This document shows, piece by piece, positions 50,185-59,756 of a stretch of 64,000 nt of DNA. The stretch covers positions 899,621-963,620 of the forward strand of contig CAVXJS010000011.1 in assembly GCA_963762145.1 (NCBI GenBank). Direction: 5' to 3'. This DNA is from an uncultured Candidatus Rokubacteria bacterium (GTDB lineage: Bacteria > Methylomirabilota > Methylomirabilia > Rokubacteriales > CSP1-6). The notes beneath the pieces were generated by a model. It ran no database searches and was not told the origin of the DNA. It saw only the letters and a list, made by a program, of their open reading frames with translations. Numbering within the stretch: position 1 is the first letter of the stretch; every line of letters begins with the position of its first letter. The translations under genes were made by a program, and so were the position numbers.

Positions 50185-52227
50185 GTGTGGAGTAGACGCC
50201 CTCGGTCCGTGTCCATCTACCAGAGCCTGCTGGGGAATCTCGCGCTGGTGATCGTGCTGTTGAGCGGCGCGATCATGGCCCTGACCTTCATCGGGTCGCA
50301 GCAGACCGTCGAGCGGCTCTCCGGCGCGATCCTGCGCGAGACCATCCGTCTGATCGAGCTCGAGCTGCGGTACTTCTTCGAGCCGGTCATCCGGGATCTC
50401 GGGCTGGTGCACGCGTGGGACGAGTCGGGGGTGCTCGAGCGGGACGAGGCGGCGGCCATGAACCGCGTGCTCGTCCCGCTGCTGCAAGCCAATCCGCAGC
50501 TCTCCGCGGTCATGGTGGCCGACGAGCGCGGCCGCGAGCACATCGTGTTTCATCTCGACGGGGCGTGGAGCAGCCGCCAGACGCGGCGCGACGCGTGGGG
50601 CCGCCGCGCGGCGTGGCTCGAATGGACGGACACGCGGCCCGAGCCGGTGGCGACGTGGAAGGAGAGCGACTACGATCCTCGTCAGCGCCCCTGGTATCTG
50701 GGGGCGGTGGGCGCGCAGCGCGCCGCCTCGACGCAGGCCAAGGTCGCGGACCGGGTCTACTGGACGGAGCCGTACATCTTCTACACGGCCCGGGCACCCG
50801 GGATGACGGCGGCGATGGCGTTCCAGGGCCGCGACGGCCTGCTGCGGGTGGTCGGCGTGGACCTGCTGCTGACCGACGTCTCCGCCTTCACCACGGGCCT
50901 CCGGGTGGGAGAGCACGGCGCGGTGATGGTCCTGACCGACGAGCGGCGGGTGATCGGCCTGCCCCGCGACGCGCGATACCGGAGCGTCTCCGATCAGCTC
51001 GGCGCCCTGCTCAAGCGCCCGGATGAGCTGGACCTGCGCGTCGTGGCCGACAGCACGCGCGCGCTCCTGGCGCGGCCGGCCGGCGAGCGGGGCCCGATGC
51101 GGCTGCGGAGCGGTGACGACCACTGGTGGGCGGACACGAGCCCCTTCCCGCTGGGCCCCGCGCGCCGGTTGACGATCGAGGTCATGGTGCCGGAGTCGGA
51201 CTTGCTGGGGAACCTGGGCCATCTTCGTCTGGGCATCGTGCTCGTGATGCTCGTCGGGCTTGGCCTGGCCATGGTCCGGGCGGTGAGCCTCGCGCGCCGC
51301 TATGGCCGGCCCATCGAAGCGCTGGTGCGAGAGAGCGATCGGATCAGCCGGGGCGACCTCGACCCGGGGCCCCCGGTGGCGTCCTCGATCCGGGAGGTGC
51401 ACCAGCTCACCGACGCCCACGGCCGCATGCGGCAGTCGCTCCGGACGCTCCTGAAGCTCGAGGGCGATCTCCAGGTTGCCCGGCGGATCCAGCAGGACAC
51501 GTGGCCCGAGCGCATCCCGACGCTGCCCGGGTTCGGCATCGCGGCCTGGAGCGAGCCGGCCGACGAGACCGGCGGTGACACCTACGACGTCGTCGGCTAC
51601 CGGCGAGTGCCAGGCGAGGGCGGCCCGCGCCTGTCGGCGACCGAGGCCGAGCGCGCGGTGCTGCTGCTGGCCGATGCCAGCGGGCACGGCATCGGGCCGG
51701 CCCTGTCCGTCACCCAGGTGCGGGCCATGCTGCGGATGGCGATCCGGGTCGGCGAAGACCTCCCGACGATGGTCCGCCACCTGAACGCCCAGCTCTGCGC
51801 CGACCTGACGGACGGCCGCTTCGTCAGCGCCTGGCTCGGCGAGCTCGACGCGAAGGAGCGGACCCTCACCGGATTCAGCTGCGGCCAGGGCCCGCTGCTC
51901 TACTACCGGGCTCTTGACCAGGCCTGTGTGGTGGTCGAGACAGACACCGTCCCCTTCGGATGTGTCGAGGACCTCGAGGTCGTGCTGCGAGCTCCCATCC
52001 GCATGGAACCGGGCGATATCTTCATGGCCCTGTCGGATGGCGTGATCGACGCGGAGAGCTCGAATGGCGAGCGGTTCGGGACCGAGCGCGTGATGGATAT
52101 CCTCACCCGTCACCACGCGGGCTCCGCCGCGGAGCTGATGGCCACGCTCCGGCGGGTGCTGGCGGACTTCGCGGGCGCCACGCCGGCGGACGACGACCGC
52201 ACCGGCGTCATCATCAAGCGAGACTGA
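50185..52227 (+). CDS. Cache-HAMP-SpoIIE (PP2C) sensor phosphatase
   Basis: Two TMs flank YDPRQRPWY/WTEPY (Cache); HAMP; GGDTYD, ADASGHG, SDGVID, DDRT. Start placed at GTG 50185 because the TTG at 50140 is the -35 box. Confidence 0.88.
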   Translation: MWSRRPRSVSIYQSLLGNLALVIVLLSGAIMALTFIGSQQTVERLSGAILRETIRLIELELRYFFEPVIRDLGLVHAWDESGVLERDEAAAMNRVLVPLLQANPQLSAVMVADERGREHIVFHLDGAWSSRQTRRDAWGRRAAWLEWTDTRPEPVATWKESDYDPRQRPWYLGAVGAQRAASTQAKVADRVYWTEPYIFYTARAPGMTAAMAFQGRDGLLRVVGVDLLLTDVSAFTTGLRVGEHGAVMVLTDERRVIGLPRDARYRSVSDQLGALLKRPDELDLRVVADSTRALLARPAGERGPMRLRSGDDHWWADTSPFPLGPARRLTIEVMVPESDLLGNLGHLRLGIVLVMLVGLGLAMVRAVSLARRYGRPIEALVRESDRISRGDLDPGPPVASSIREVHQLTDAHGRMRQSLRTLLKLEGDLQVARRIQQDTWPERIPTLPGFGIAAWSEPADETGGDTYDVVGYRRVPGEGGPRLSATEAERAVLLLADASGHGIGPALSVTQVRAMLRMAIRVGEDLPTMVRHLNAQLCADLTDGRFVSAWLGELDAKERTLTGFSCGQGPLLYYRALDQACVVVETDTVPFGCVEDLEVVLRAPIRMEPGDIFMALSDGVIDAESSNGERFGTERVMDILTRHHAGSAAELMATLRRVLADFAGATPADDDRTGVIIKRD

Positions 52228-52243
52228 AACCTCGGAGGGGACC

Positions 52244-52906
52244 ATGCGACATGGGCTGACCCTGTTCATCGGGATGTTCAGCACCCTGCTGGCGATCATC
52301 AATCCCCTGGAGGCGCTCCCCGTGTTCCTGCGCCTCCTCGAAGGCAAGAGCGCGGAGGAGCACCGCTCGGTGGCCCGTCGCTCGTGCATGTACGCTCTCC
52401 TGCTGATGTTCTTCTTTCTCATCTTCGGCACGCTGATCTTGCGGATCTTCGGCGTGCCCCTCAGCATGGTCCGGATCGTCGGGGGGATCATCCTCATGCG
52501 CATCGGCTTCGAGCTCTTCTCGGCCTCGTCCTCGGGCGGCTCGCTGGTTCGTCTCCCCGATGGTGCGGGCGGGAGCGCCGAGGACATTGCCTTCGTGCCC
52601 CTGGCCATGCCGATCATGTTCGGGCCCGGCGCCATCGCCACCATCCTCGGGATGGCGTCGGTCCAGAGAGAGGCCGAGTTCGAGGTCCTCGCCTTTGCCG
52701 CGCTCGGTGCGGCGATCGCCCTGACCATGTTCGTGACCTACCTGTTCCTCGCCTATGCCAGGAGCGTGGTCGGCCGGATCGGGCCCAAGGGCATCGATGC
52801 GGCCACCCGCCTCGTCGGGTTCTTCGTCTCCACGATGGGCATGGGCCTGATCTTCCACGGGGTGATCGAAGCCTTTCAGGCGTACGGAGTGATCGCCAAG
52901 CCGTGA
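52244..52906 (+). CDS. MarC-family membrane protein
   Basis: IINPL, IAFVPLAMPIMFGPGAI. Confidence 0.9.
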   Translation: MRHGLTLFIGMFSTLLAIINPLEALPVFLRLLEGKSAEEHRSVARRSCMYALLLMFFFLIFGTLILRIFGVPLSMVRIVGGIILMRIGFELFSASSSGGSLVRLPDGAGGSAEDIAFVPLAMPIMFGPGAIATILGMASVQREAEFEVLAFAALGAAIALTMFVTYLFLAYARSVVGRIGPKGIDAATRLVGFFVSTMGMGLIFHGVIEAFQAYGVIAKP

Positions 52907-52991
52907 CGGCGAGGTCGTGGCAGATGCTCTCACGAGCTGAATTGGCTGAGTACAAACGGCGGCGGACCGGGGATACTGAGCATCGTCCGCC

Positions 52992-54227
52992 ATGTCCGAG
53001 CCCGCCATCGACGCCGGGAGCCCAGTAGAGTCCGCTTACGCCTGGACGCGGCTCTGCGTCGCGCTGGTGCTCTCGGGCATCGGCGGCGTCGGCATGTGGT
53101 CGGTGATCGTGGCGCTGCCGGCCGTGCAGGCCGAGTTCGCGGTCGCGCGATCCGCCGCCGCCCTGCCCTACACCATGACGATGATCTGCTTCGGCTTCGG
53201 CGGCATCGTGATGGGACGTCTCTCGGATCGCCTCGGGGTCATGCTCCCCGTGATCGGCGGCGCCATCGCGCTCGGGATCGGGTACGTGGTGGCCAGCCAG
53301 GCGGCGAGCCTCTGGCAGTTCGCCCTGGCCCAGGGTCTCCTGGTGGGCGCCGCCAGCTCGGTCTCGTTCGCGCCGATCATCGCCGACACCTCGCTCTGGT
53401 TCACGCGGCATCGCGGCATGGCGGTGGCGATCATCTCGAGCGGCAGCTACCTCGCCGGAACGGTCTGGCCGCCCGTGGTGCAGCACTTCATCGACAGCGT
53501 GGGCTGGCGCCGGACCTACGTGGGCATCGGGGTGTTCTGTGTGGTGTCCATGGTGCCGCTGGCCCTGGCCCTCCGGCGCCGGTCACCGCTCACCCTGACC
53601 GCGTCCGCGACGTCGCTCGGCGCGTCGTGGTCACGGCGGCCCCTGGGAATGTCGCCCGCGGCGCTGCAGACCGTGCTGATCATCGCGGGCCTGAGCTGCT
53701 GCGTCGCGATGTCGATGCCGCAGGTACACATCGTCGCGTACTCGGGCGACCTGGGTCACGGCGCGGCGCGGGGCGCCCAGATGCTGTCGCTGATGCTGGG
53801 GTTCGGCATCGTGAGCCGCATCGGCTTCGGCTGGATCTGCGATCGTATCGGCGGGCGCCGCACGCTCCTGCTGGGCTCGAGCCTGCAGGCCCTGGCCCTC
53901 ATCCTCTTCCTGCCCTTCGACGGCCTGACCTCGCTCTACATCCTGTCGGCGCTGTTCGGGCTGTTCCAGGGCGGGATCGTGCCGGCTTACGCGGTGATCA
54001 TCCGGGAGTTCTTCCCTCCCCAGGAGGCGGGGGTGCGCGTGGCGACCGTCCTGATGGCCACCGTGTTCGGCATGGCCCTCGGCGGCTGGATGTCCGGCAT
54101 GGTCTTCGACCTGACCGGCTCCTACCGGACCGCGTTCCTCAACGGCATCCTGTGGAACCTGCTGAACATCGCCATCGCGGTGGGGCTGCTGCGGCGGCCG
54201 GGGCGATCGGCCTACTCGACCACCTGA
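52992..54227 (+). CDS. MFS transporter
   Basis: GRLSDRLG and GWICDRIG motif A; about 12 TMs. Confidence 0.9.
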   Translation: MSEPAIDAGSPVESAYAWTRLCVALVLSGIGGVGMWSVIVALPAVQAEFAVARSAAALPYTMTMICFGFGGIVMGRLSDRLGVMLPVIGGAIALGIGYVVASQAASLWQFALAQGLLVGAASSVSFAPIIADTSLWFTRHRGMAVAIISSGSYLAGTVWPPVVQHFIDSVGWRRTYVGIGVFCVVSMVPLALALRRRSPLTLTASATSLGASWSRRPLGMSPAALQTVLIIAGLSCCVAMSMPQVHIVAYSGDLGHGAARGAQMLSLMLGFGIVSRIGFGWICDRIGGRRTLLLGSSLQALALILFLPFDGLTSLYILSALFGLFQGGIVPAYAVIIREFFPPQEAGVRVATVLMATVFGMALGGWMSGMVFDLTGSYRTAFLNGILWNLLNIAIAVGLLRRPGRSAYSTT

Positions 54228-54291
54228 TGCGCCCGCAGCAGCAGGGACGGCTCGAGCAGCCGGAGGGGTCTCCGCCGCTCCATTGCCGTTC

Positions 54292-54669
54292 TCAATCCTT
54301 CTCCTGGTTCAGGTAGAACGTCCCCGAGATCACGAGATACCAGATCCCGGTCTCGGCGAGGATCAGGAACACCGCCAGCCGCGAGAAGTTCCAGACCGTC
54401 AACAGGAAGCCGGCGACGCTCAACGTGATGGCCACCGAGCCGATGATCCCGCGCACGGTCCGGCGCGCCTGCTCGAGTCCCTGCCACGAGATCGACTCGA
54501 TGTACAGCCAGGCCACGAATGCGGGGAGAGAGGTCGCCAGCAAGCCGACCACGGCCGACGAGTTGGCGATCGCTTGATTCGAAGAAGCGATGACGGCGAG
54601 CAACAGGCCCACGACGAAGACGAGGTAGCCGACGAGGGCCGTTCTGGCTTTGCGACCTGTCGGGGGCAT
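54292..54669 (-). CDS. Hypothetical four-TM membrane protein
   Basis: Hydrophobic ORF. Confidence 0.55.
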   Translation of the reverse strand: MPPTGRKARTALVGYLVFVVGLLLAVIASSNQAIANSSAVVGLLATSLPAFVAWLYIESISWQGLEQARRTVRGIIGSVAITLSVAGFLLTVWNFSRLAVFLILAETGIWYLVISGTFYLNQEKD

Positions 54670-54917
54670 CTGCCGAGCCCTTTCCCCTGCAGTGGACGCG
54701 TCGGGACTGAATGGTGCCCCGGAGGGGGCCGAAGGTCAATACGATGTGGAATGCCTGGGCCTCGTGAAGGCGGCCTGAGGCTTGACTGGGCCGGGCTACG
54801 CTTATAGCATCCCACTGGCCCGGGTCGCCGCGGCACCGGCACTGCCGTCTACTACAGGTGGCGGTGCCGCAGCGTCTCGCGAGCGTGCGGTACCCCGCTG
54901 GACCAAGGAGGATCGAC

Positions 54918-55337
54918 ATGGCGAAGAGGACGAAATCCTATGGGATCGCGATGGCCGTCTTGGCGGCGGGCCTCGTCGCCGGCTGTGCGACGGGTGGCAC
55001 GCCCAAGCCAGTGACGGCCGCCGATGCAAAGCTGCTTACCGGGACTTGGCAAGGCTGGATATATCCTACCCAGCAACCGTCCCAAACGGCGACCTTGATC
55101 GTCAACGCCGACGGCACCTACTCGACCCAGGCGGCTGCCTTCTCCTCCACCGGCAAGCTCGAGATCAAGGATGGCTATGTGCACTTCGTCAGCACCGGCG
55201 GGACCGGGGCACTCGGGTCGGGTGATCGGTCGGGCTCTGCCACGCTGATGGATCGTGGGGCCAACTGGGGGCTGGTCGGCAATGGCTATGGCTCCAGGGG
55301 CGGACCTTACAACGTCGACTTCAGCAAGGCGAAGTAG
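54918..55337 (+). CDS. Hypothetical lipoprotein
   Basis: SD AAGGAGG, lipobox VAGC, LTGTWQG beta-rich body. Confidence 0.75.
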   Translation: MAKRTKSYGIAMAVLAAGLVAGCATGGTPKPVTAADAKLLTGTWQGWIYPTQQPSQTATLIVNADGTYSTQAAAFSSTGKLEIKDGYVHFVSTGGTGALGSGDRSGSATLMDRGANWGLVGNGYGSRGGPYNVDFSKAK

Positions 55338-55682
55338 AGCGAGCATGTGACCCTATTCACGGCACCCGTGGTAGGGTGCCAGCTGAAAGCTTAACAGGTA
55401 GAGCGCGAGGTCATCTTTCGAGTCGAGTGGCGGCGAACTCCGGAATGGCACCCCGGGGCTCGCCGCCATTGTTGTCTCCGGCGGTCAGGGCTCGCCTCGC
55501 GGAGGTCAACGCGCGTCTTGGTGAGGTCGATCTCCGAACCGCCCGCCGCCATTCATACGCGGAGACCTTGTCAAAGGTCGGAGGAAATCGAGACGGCCTT
55601 TCGTGCCCCCTTTGGAGCGGTGCGGGCGCTGCATCCGGTCGCCGCTTGACCGCGTCTGTCGCGGCCGATAGGCTGCGAGCCA

Positions 55683-56822
55683 ATGTCATTCCGGTTGGCC
55701 CACCTCGCCTCGTTGGATGGCCTGCGCGGCATCGCCATTCTCGCGGTGATGCTGAACAATGCGCGGTATCTCGCCGGCGGCTTTCTCGGCGTCGACATCT
55801 TCTTCGTCCTGAGCGGTTTCCTGATCAGCGCCCTGCTCCTGCAGGAGTGGCAGGACACCGGCACGATTCGCCTCGGCGCCTTCTACACTCGCCGAGCACT
55901 CCGACTGCTGCCCGCCCTGTTCGCGTTGCTCGCAGTCGTCCTCTTGGCTCCCGGGCTTTTCTATCTGGCCGCGCCGCCGTGGAAGGACGCCGCCACCGCC
56001 GCCTTGTATGCCACGAACTGGGTCAACGCGTTCAGCCTGCGGAACATGACGATCCTCGAGCACACGTGGTCCTTGACGGTGGAGGAGCAGTTCTACGTGC
56101 TCTGGCCGCCCTTGGTGACGGCGTTGCTCGCGCTCCAGGTCCGGCGGCGCCGGATCCTCTCGATGGTGCTTCTCGGTGTTTGCGTATCGACCGGGCTTCG
56201 ACTGCTCCTGTGGGACGGGCCCTCATCGATCAAGCGGCTCTACTACGGGCTCGACACGCGGCTCGACGCGCTGCTGATCGGCTGCTTGGTCGCCTTGCTC
56301 GTGTCGTGGGACCTCGTCCCGCGGACTCGCAAGGCCGTGACGGCGATTCGCGTGATCGCGGGCGCGTGCGCGCCGGTGCTGGCGCTCCTGCTCGTCACCG
56401 CCGATCGCGAGTCCCGGGTGACCTACCACGGCCTCAGCACCATCGCGTGCACGGCGGTGGCGGGGGTCCTGTTGCATGTGGTGTACTGCCCATCCCGCTT
56501 CCGGATGGTGGTGCTCGAGAATGCTCCGATCGTGTGGATCGGGCGGATCTCCTACGGCCTGTACCTGTGGCACGACCCGCTCTTCCTCGACCTGCTGAAC
56601 ACTACCCGGATGGCGAAGCTCGGGCTCTTCGGCCTGCCCGCGCTGGCCGTGAGATTCATCATGGCCTTCGCCGTGGCCTCTCTCTGTTTTTATCTGATCG
56701 AGCGGCCGTTCCTCCGGCTCAAACGTCGCTTCGGTGGCGCGGGGGCGCCCTCAGCGGCCCGCGGCGCCGTCCGGCCCGATCCCGCCTCGATCGCGGAGCG
56801 AATACCGCCTGGGGCATCATAG
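55683..56822 (+). CDS. Acyltransferase family 3 (OafA-like)
   Basis: LDGLRGIA, GVDIFFVLSGFLI, HTWSLTVEEQFY, GRISYGLYLWH. Confidence 0.92.
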   Translation: MSFRLAHLASLDGLRGIAILAVMLNNARYLAGGFLGVDIFFVLSGFLISALLLQEWQDTGTIRLGAFYTRRALRLLPALFALLAVVLLAPGLFYLAAPPWKDAATAALYATNWVNAFSLRNMTILEHTWSLTVEEQFYVLWPPLVTALLALQVRRRRILSMVLLGVCVSTGLRLLLWDGPSSIKRLYYGLDTRLDALLIGCLVALLVSWDLVPRTRKAVTAIRVIAGACAPVLALLLVTADRESRVTYHGLSTIACTAVAGVLLHVVYCPSRFRMVVLENAPIVWIGRISYGLYLWHDPLFLDLLNTTRMAKLGLFGLPALAVRFIMAFAVASLCFYLIERPFLRLKRRFGGAGAPSAARGAVRPDPASIAERIPPGAS

Positions 56823-57067
56823 CCGTCCGAGGCGGGGAGGTCTTCGCGGGACCTCAGGGCTGTACCCGGCGGAAGTGGGCGGAATCGTACGGGCCGCCTA
56901 GGCTAGAATCGCGCCATGGCACAGCGGAAGAACGCAGCAGGATTTGAGGGCCCGTACGCCTTCCATGGGCGGCTGCGGCAAATCGGAGTGGCCGCGAAGC
57001 CTCGAAACTATAGAGCGCTGATCTGGAGCCTCGTGCAGGTAGTGACGAAGCTGGAGAAGGAGACACC

Positions 57068-57340
57068 GTGACGGCCCGGGAGGAGGAGCTGATCTTCACG
57101 GCACTCTGCGATCGGTTCCGATCGCCCACGCAGGTGTGGCAGTCGATGTCGCTGGTCGAGCTGGAGAAGGCGACCGGTCTCGCCAAGGAGGTCCTCGAGG
57201 AAGCCCTTCGCGCGCTGCGCGGGGCCGATGGTCGCGACGACTCACGCATTGCGTATGGTGCGGGGCGGGTCGTTCTCGGCCCAGTCTGGCGGGTCCAGTG
57301 CCGAGATCTCCCGAACGATCCGGGACCCGACCGACCGTGA
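57068..57340 (+). CDS. Hypothetical protein, possible winged helix
   Basis: SD AAGGAG; SLVELEKATGLAKEVLEEALRAL looks HTH-like. Confidence 0.5.
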   Translation: MTAREEELIFTALCDRFRSPTQVWQSMSLVELEKATGLAKEVLEEALRALRGADGRDDSRIAYGAGRVVLGPVWRVQCRDLPNDPGPDRP

Positions 57341-57420
57341 GCCCTCTCGACTGGCATCTGGGCCGTCGTCTCGTGCTCCACGCCGCGGACTGAGAGAGAG
57401 AAGTTGGCGGAGTACTTGAA

Positions 57421-57801
57421 GTGACTACGGTGCGGCAGCTCGCGTGGATCGCATTCACGGTCGCTGCGGTTTCTGCGGGTTGCTCGACCAGTCTGCGCGA
57501 GATCCGCGCGAGAGATCCGTATTTCAGCTTCGAAGGCGTGGCGGCGTCGAGGCATTTCGCGGTGGCTCGCTGTATTCGTGACGTGCTCGAGCAAGTCGGC
57601 GCCGACTCCGTTGCCTATGAGATCGCGCAAGACCACGAGGGCATGCACGTGATCGGCCGACCGGACGAGTCTTTGTCGGTCGGCGCCGTGTACTTTGACG
57701 TGGCTGTCCGAGAAGATGCGGTCGTCGTCAGGATGGCGCCGACCCCGGTAGTTTCGCGGGAAGCGCTCCGGTACGCCGTCACGGTGTGTGTCGGGGGCTA
57801 A
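57421..57801 (+). CDS. Hypothetical lipoprotein
   Basis: Lipobox SAGC. Confidence 0.55.
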   Translation: MTTVRQLAWIAFTVAAVSAGCSTSLREIRARDPYFSFEGVAASRHFAVARCIRDVLEQVGADSVAYEIAQDHEGMHVIGRPDESLSVGAVYFDVAVREDAVVVRMAPTPVVSREALRYAVTVCVGG

Positions 57802-58074
57802 CCCGAAGCTCCTGGTCACCGGAGCTTGAGCGCGTGCGGGAGAACGACCAGGTCCTGCTTTTCCCGGCCCGGCGCCTGGCGGCCGATGGCCTTGATCCGC
57901 GGCTCCCCTACTGGGAAGAAGGCCCTAGACTTGGAGCCGCTATCGGCGCGGTCGTTGAGGGGCTACTTTCGTGTCCGCGGTATCTGGCGGAGCCGCGCCA
58001 CCCGCCGACGGAGCCGACGCGCCGCTAACTTCTCCACCGCTCGTCGAGCCGCTCGGGCCATCCAACCCATCAGG

Positions 58075-58440
58075 TCAGCCAGTGTCGCCTCCGTCGCCCC
58101 GATGGAGGGCCCGTGAGGCGGGCGGTGCCCCGAGGCGCGAGTCAGTGAATCTGAGCACGATGCCGTCGAGTTCAATCCGCCAGACAATTGCCTCTACCGC
58201 CCGGAGGTACCAGTGAGGCGGGAGGAAATAGACCCGCGCTTTCGTGCCTTCCGTGAGCCGCTCCGTGAGGTGGACTTTGGCCCCGCCGGGACTCAGGTCG
58301 ATCAGCGGAAGTCGCAGCAGGTGACCCTCGCGCGTTTCAAGGACAATGGGCCGCCACCGCCCGGCCTCGCGCGCATGGCGCCGCAGCTCCGTCGCCTGCC
58401 ATCTTGTCGTCTGTCCGCTCACATCGGCTGAGAGCATCAT
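58075..58440 (-). CDS. PilZ-domain protein
   Basis: RRHAR (RxxxR) and DLSPGG (DxSxxG) c-di-GMP motifs; GIVLRF. Confidence 0.75.
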   Translation of the reverse strand: MMLSADVSGQTTRWQATELRRHAREAGRWRPIVLETREGHLLRLPLIDLSPGGAKVHLTERLTEGTKARVYFLPPHWYLRAVEAIVWRIELDGIVLRFTDSRLGAPPASRALHRGDGGDTG

Positions 58441-58452
58441 GGGGTGGTCTAT

Positions 58453-58468
58453 CGCAGACATCGTGCCA
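58453..58468 (-). promoter_or_regulatory. Putative sigma54 promoter of the PilZ gene
   Basis: TGGCAC-GATGT-CTGCG on the minus strand. Confidence 0.55.
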
Positions 58469-58955
58469 GCCGACGAACTGGCGACAAATCCGAGGGCCCA
58501 CGCGAACTTAACGGCCGCGCGATCTTTGCGCTGAGTACAGGCCTTCCCATCCTAGGCCTGTCCGTGCTCGATCAGTCTCCAAGGCACATCACGCCGCGGA
58601 AGGAACGGGAGCGGCTGGGGGAGTACCTGAAGTAGAGGACCGATGCACTACAAGGGCTTGGTCGACCCGGGTACGACCGTCACCGCGTGGGGCTGGTTGC
58701 CCGCCACGGCGACATGGTCTCGCGCCATCCGATCGGCGTCGGCCCGCGAGTCGGCGAAGCCCAACCAGCAGCACGGCGAACATTCGATGCGCCACCTGGA
58801 TGCATTGTCCGCCAAGGATATGCCAACGGACGAGGCTGGATGCCCTATTCGAAAGAGGAGTCTCTCAATGAGGGACACCTCATGATCGCCGCCATCTACC
58901 CGTGCGTCACGCGGCGAAGGAACGGGAGAAGCGAGTGCTTGAAGTGAGGACGCGA

Positions 58956-59216
58956 CTACGCCGGCCCGCTGGGCTCGTGCCCGAGGACTTGGCGCTCCAC
59001 GTCCCAGACGTAGAAGCACGCAACGTGGAACTGCACGCCGGCGTCCTTGCCACTCAGGCCCTCCATGATCATTTGCGCCTTGGTCACGATCTCGTCACAC
59101 CCGTCGCAGATCTCCCCGTTGCCCACGCCGCCCCACATCCGAGGAATGTGGTTGTTCGGCAGCCGTCCATCGGCGAGCTTCTCCCGAATCATGAGGCGGA
59201 GGACGGGGGTGTCCAT
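58956..59216 (-). CDS. Small putative Zn-binding protein (CxxC...HxxC)
   Basis: WGGVGNGEICDGC...QFHVACFYVW; SD GAGG. Confidence 0.7.
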   Translation of the reverse strand: MDTPVLRLMIREKLADGRLPNNHIPRMWGGVGNGEICDGCDEIVTKAQMIMEGLSGKDAGVQFHVACFYVWDVERQVLGHEPSGPA

Positions 59217-59756
59217 GGTGGACCTCGTAGGGCTTGCAGAGTCGACGCGCCAGATTCACCGGGGTCTCGGCGCCGGGGGCGCCAACCCGTAGGTCAGAAC
59301 GTCGCCGATGAGGAGAAGTCGGTCACGCGTCAGGTGGCCCGGGCCCGCGCCAAGCTGCGGGCTCGGCTCGAGGAGTGGCACGGCCTGCTCAGGCAGAGCC
59401 CGCAGGTCGCGCGCCAGCCTCTGCGAAAGCGGAGCCGATCGTGCTCGAGCCGGCGCCCCAGGGCGTGCGCTTCCGCGGCCGCGCCGCCTGGGGTGCCGTG
59501 CTGAGCGGGGTGATGCAAGGAGGGGGCTTAGTGGTGCCCCCGCGGGGGAACGCTCGCTAACCACACTCGTAACGCGCTGAAGTCTCTTACCCTACCCTTC
59601 TCAGCCACGACCGCGGGGCTTGGCCGGTGACCAGCAACCCCCTGTCGTACTCGGCGGAGAAATTGGAGCTGAGCAGCCGCATGGCCCTCCCCTCCCAGGC
59701 CGCCGGAGGGGCTCGCGCGCTTGGGCGCAGCAGCCCATCGAGATTCTGATTGCGGC

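Noticed and set aside
49966-52728. 920-aa minus-strand ORF
   Set aside because: Antisense shadow of the SpoIIE-type phosphatase and marC genes.
55376-55470. tRNA-like fragment (ttaacaggtagagcg) as an att site
   Set aside because: No cloverleaf, T-loop (GTTCGA) or CCA end could be built.
56916-57071. 51-aa ORF MAQRKNAAG... with a TAGAAT box 6 nt upstream
   Set aside because: Plausible leaderless start but atypical codon usage and no recognisable motif; too weak to call.
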